A stretch of DNA of 64,000 nt from Macrostomum lignano (Eukaryota). Where the stretch lies: contig NIVC01000268.1 in assembly GCA_002269645.1 (NCBI GenBank), positions 593,647 through 657,646 of the forward strand, given 5' to 3'. The translations under genes were made by a program, and so were the position numbers. The notes under the pieces are model-generated. The model saw nothing but the letters and a program-made list of their open reading frames with translations, had not been told where the DNA came from and made no database searches. This document shows, piece after piece, positions 60,945-64,000 of the stretch. Every line of letters begins with the position of its first letter. The first letter of the stretch is position 1.

Positions 60945-61890
60945 TGCGGGACTGCTTTGATAGCTAGTAGCAAAAACATCAAGAGCTGCTTGATTGCTTT
61001 GATAAAATGCAGAATCAACAAGGAATTTACCAACTGTGTGCCAAAGCAAAAAGCTCATACCAATGCTACATGTGTGGTCTAAATGAGGTTTGTGCCAAGT
61101 GCCTTGCTAGGCATCATTAGGAGCAGCCTTTCCACCCAGTTCAAAAATGGAATGTGGGTTTGTAACTGGGTTTTAGCAGCTTGTATTGTCCATTCTAGAG
61201 TTGTACAGGGCCAATACTTCTAACAAGTCAATGAGAAGACAAGGCACCATATCTTATGCCTATGTACAACTCTAGTAATAGCTTCAATGGATATAATTTT
61301 CATCACTGAATAAGGTGTATGATTACATTATATAGTTTGTATAGCTTTTTTTCTATTGGATACTAGTGATAACAATATATAAATTTGAGATGAAGGAGAA
61401 GTAATTTTTTATCATTTTATCTATTTTTAATGAACATATTGTGTTTTAATTTTTGTTCAAAGTTAAACCATCTTAACCAAAAGTGTGATCAGTGTGTATG
61501 GAATTCTGGACATCAAATTCAAAAGGTCTATTTAATCTATTATGACTATTACAAGATGAAAAATCCATCACCATTTCATAATTAATTGTGTTCATTTATC
61601 TTGTATACTACTCATCCTACTAATTATTTGAATTGTTCCATATTTCTATTATAGCTAAAGAGCTAAATGTCAAGTTGCACTTTTTCAGCTGCATTTCAAT
61701 CTACTAGGCCTTGATTAGTCTTGGGTATTGGCTTGCAAAATCCATTCCTAAGAAGGTTTATAGGCCAAAAGCTATGTCAATTCACCTTATGCTACTTATA
61801 GAGTTGCTCAAGCAGTGCACCAGTGCCTCACTATTTTCTATTTGCAAGGCACTGCAATTACACAAAACTCCAATGTGAAACTTTAGGCCA
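60945..61890 (+). pseudogene. KDZ (Kyakuja-Dileera-Zisupton)-like transposase relic, CxC2/CxC3-type cysteine cluster
   Basis: YQCYMCGLNEVCAKCLARHH*EQPFHPVQKWN, then RHHILCLC and ISLGYW(L)A...LIELLKQCTSASLFSICKAL; pattern recognised from memory of CxC-KDZ domains; in-frame TAG stops. Confidence 0.45.
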
Positions 61891-62489
61891 GTAAGTCATG
61901 CTTTGCTTTACTTTCAAAGTATAATGTTTACAATTTGTTAGACTCCATTGCACTATAGCATGCTACTTTAATTCATTCAAAAATACTTATATGAATTTTT
62001 TGTATGTATTGCTGCTATCTAATGTTTATATGAATAGCCACAGTTTTATATTTATATGGATTTATACACCATATTTTTAATGCAGTTCCTATTTTTCATA
62101 TCAAGAATATTCTTTCAAATGACAAATTTTATCACCCTTATTTAATAGGTGAACATCTATAGACGTCTAAATACATTTGGTACATTCAGGGCATTTGAGC
62201 ATCAAGTCAATGACATTTGGTCTATTAGAAAAGTAAGCTGCCTTGCTTTCTTTGTGGTGAGACATTTAAAGCAAATAGTTTGTAGTTTTTTATTAGCAAA
62301 TGGCTTTTTATGTTTTGTGTTTATTCCACTAGAATGCATATACAAATTGTGTTGTCAAATGTTCCATCAAATATAAGCTAAACATGTCTAAAAAATTCAA
62401 AAAAAATATTCCTGAAAAATTTCCATGCTATATTTGAATAGACTGGTGTGTTGAAAACTAATAGCAAAATTACTTCAACTACAACTACA

Positions 62490-62745
62490 GCTGAGAGCAT
62501 TGCTAGTTTGACTATAACTACTAGAGCTAAGAGCATAGCTAGTTTGACTATAACTACTAGAGCTAAGAGCATAGCCAGTTTGACTATAGCTACTAGAGCT
62601 AAGAGCATAGCTAGTTTGACTATAACTACTAGAGCTAAGAGCATAGCTAGTTTGACCATAACTACTAGAGCTAAGAGCATAGCTAGTTTGACCATAACTA
62701 CTAGAGCTAAGAGCATAGCTAGTTTGATTATAGCTACTATAGCTA
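62490..62745. repeat. 39-bp tandem repeat (ACTAGAGCTAAGAGCATAGCTAGTTTGACTATAACT-type)
   Basis: ~6.5 copies; TA-rich and CpG-free. Confidence 0.85.
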
Positions 62746-63812
62746 AGAACACAGGTAGTTCAACTACAACCACTACAGCTGAGAGCAAAGCTAGTTTGAC
62801 TATACTTTATTTATAACATAGGAAATTTATAGTACAACCAATACTTTATGAAAGGGCATTGCCTTCAAAGTTTTTCTAAGTAGTTTTGCATATTGATTTG
62901 TAAGAAATGCATCAAATTGGTATGTGTACTAGTTGTTTTTGCTCTCACTTTATAAATCCAACTGTTATGCCAATGCCACCAAGTTGTCACAGCTAGGCAT
63001 CTTTCCTCTCTAATTATATATAATCTTATTCTATTAATTCCTACTCTTTCTAGTAGCTTAATTCTGGTAACTTTCTGGTAGCATTCTAGTAGTGTTTTAT
63101 AGTAGTTTTCTGGTAGTGTTCTGGTAGCTTTCTGATAGCATTTATATATTATTGCCTGAGTAGTCTGAAGGTACATATATATCTTTCTAGTCTCTAAGGC
63201 ATTACCAGGATTAAAGGGTTATAGCAATTACTCTTAGTACTATCTGCATGAATCCTTGATTCCCAAGTTTCAATACTTCTTAGAATAAAATAAGCAATGG
63301 TCTAAGAATAGTACATTAATATCTATACTTTAGGGGCATTATTGGTAATGGGAAAATTAGAGGGCGCCTATGGCCTATGGCGCCCTCTGACTTTCCTATT
63401 AATGCCCTTAAAGCATGGGTATTACTATTATTGTGCCATAGACATTTGTGTCCTTGACAAAGTGGGACAGAAAATGTGAGTAGAAAAGGGGGTGTGGGGG
63501 CAAAGCCCCTATCAAAAGTCATAGACAAATTAGCAAATAAGATTTTTAGCTGTAGTACAATACTAACTTAAGAAGAGAAGAGAAGAGATTAGACTTATCA
63601 CACCACAGACTGCATACGGTTTGACTAAGACAAACTAGATCTAAAAGCATGATCAACTATAGCAATATCACAGAGGGCGAGATAAGTGGATTGAATGCTG
63701 ATGAATTAGAATTTGTATTTGTAACTCGTCAATCTACTAGACGCAGTCATGAATCGGCTGTCTCATAATACGACGGACTTCTATCGGTTGACTCGAGACG
63801 CATCAACAAGTT

Positions 63813-64000
63813 GGGTGCAGCCCATTTCGGCGAAGGAATTTTCGGCAAAAGATGCTTCAGCGAAAGTGAATTTTAAGTTTCAATAGAATATGTACATTTT
63901 GGCAAAAGAAAGTGACCAGTTCAGCAAAAAGATGGGCTACTACATATTATATTGCATATATACCACTTTGGTGATTGAAGCTTTTAATAAATTGTTCATT
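63813..64000. mobile_element. Possible left end of a TIR element with TTCGGCGAA subterminal repeats (cut by the window end)
   Basis: GGGTGCAGCCCATTTCGGCGAA...TTCGGCAAAA...TTCAGCGAAA; architecture resembles the 29017-29838 element. Right end not visible. Confidence 0.3.

Overview
Eukaryotic (metazoan) genomic DNA that is extremely repeat-rich. The style suggests a free-living flatworm such as Macrostomum (satellite-filled introns, ACAG microsatellites, TTAGGG repeats, a retained Cdx); this is an inference. There are no prokaryotic features or CRISPR arrays. Left to right: (1) a cluster of intronless NHL/beta-propeller-like paralogs (3 intact, 2 relics) with sharply mosaic sequence (3.2-10.6 kb); (2) a 15.6-kb head-to-tail array of four canonical non-autonomous Helitrons (minus strand, A|TC...hairpin-CTAG|T), each carrying different satellite cargo, plus an STPR-repeat exon, tRNA-Ser-like segments and telomere-like repeats (11.3-26.8 kb); (3) DNA-transposon debris (Merlin fragment, MITEs); (4) four conserved spliced genes: a SHARK/HTK16-type SH2-ANK-SH2 kinase that looks catalytically dead, a deoxynucleoside kinase whose putative mitochondrial presequence has no genomic ATG, a divergent Cdx/caudal homeobox gene, and VPS26; (5) a Penelope relic, a 2.2-kb solo-LTR-like element with a 4-bp TSD, and a KDZ-like transposase relic in a tract almost devoid of CpG with apparent all-context C-to-T hypermutation. 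Most long ORFs in the supplied track are artefacts of tandem repeats. Exon models were built by eye from GT/AG sites and frame continuity, and all counts are manual.
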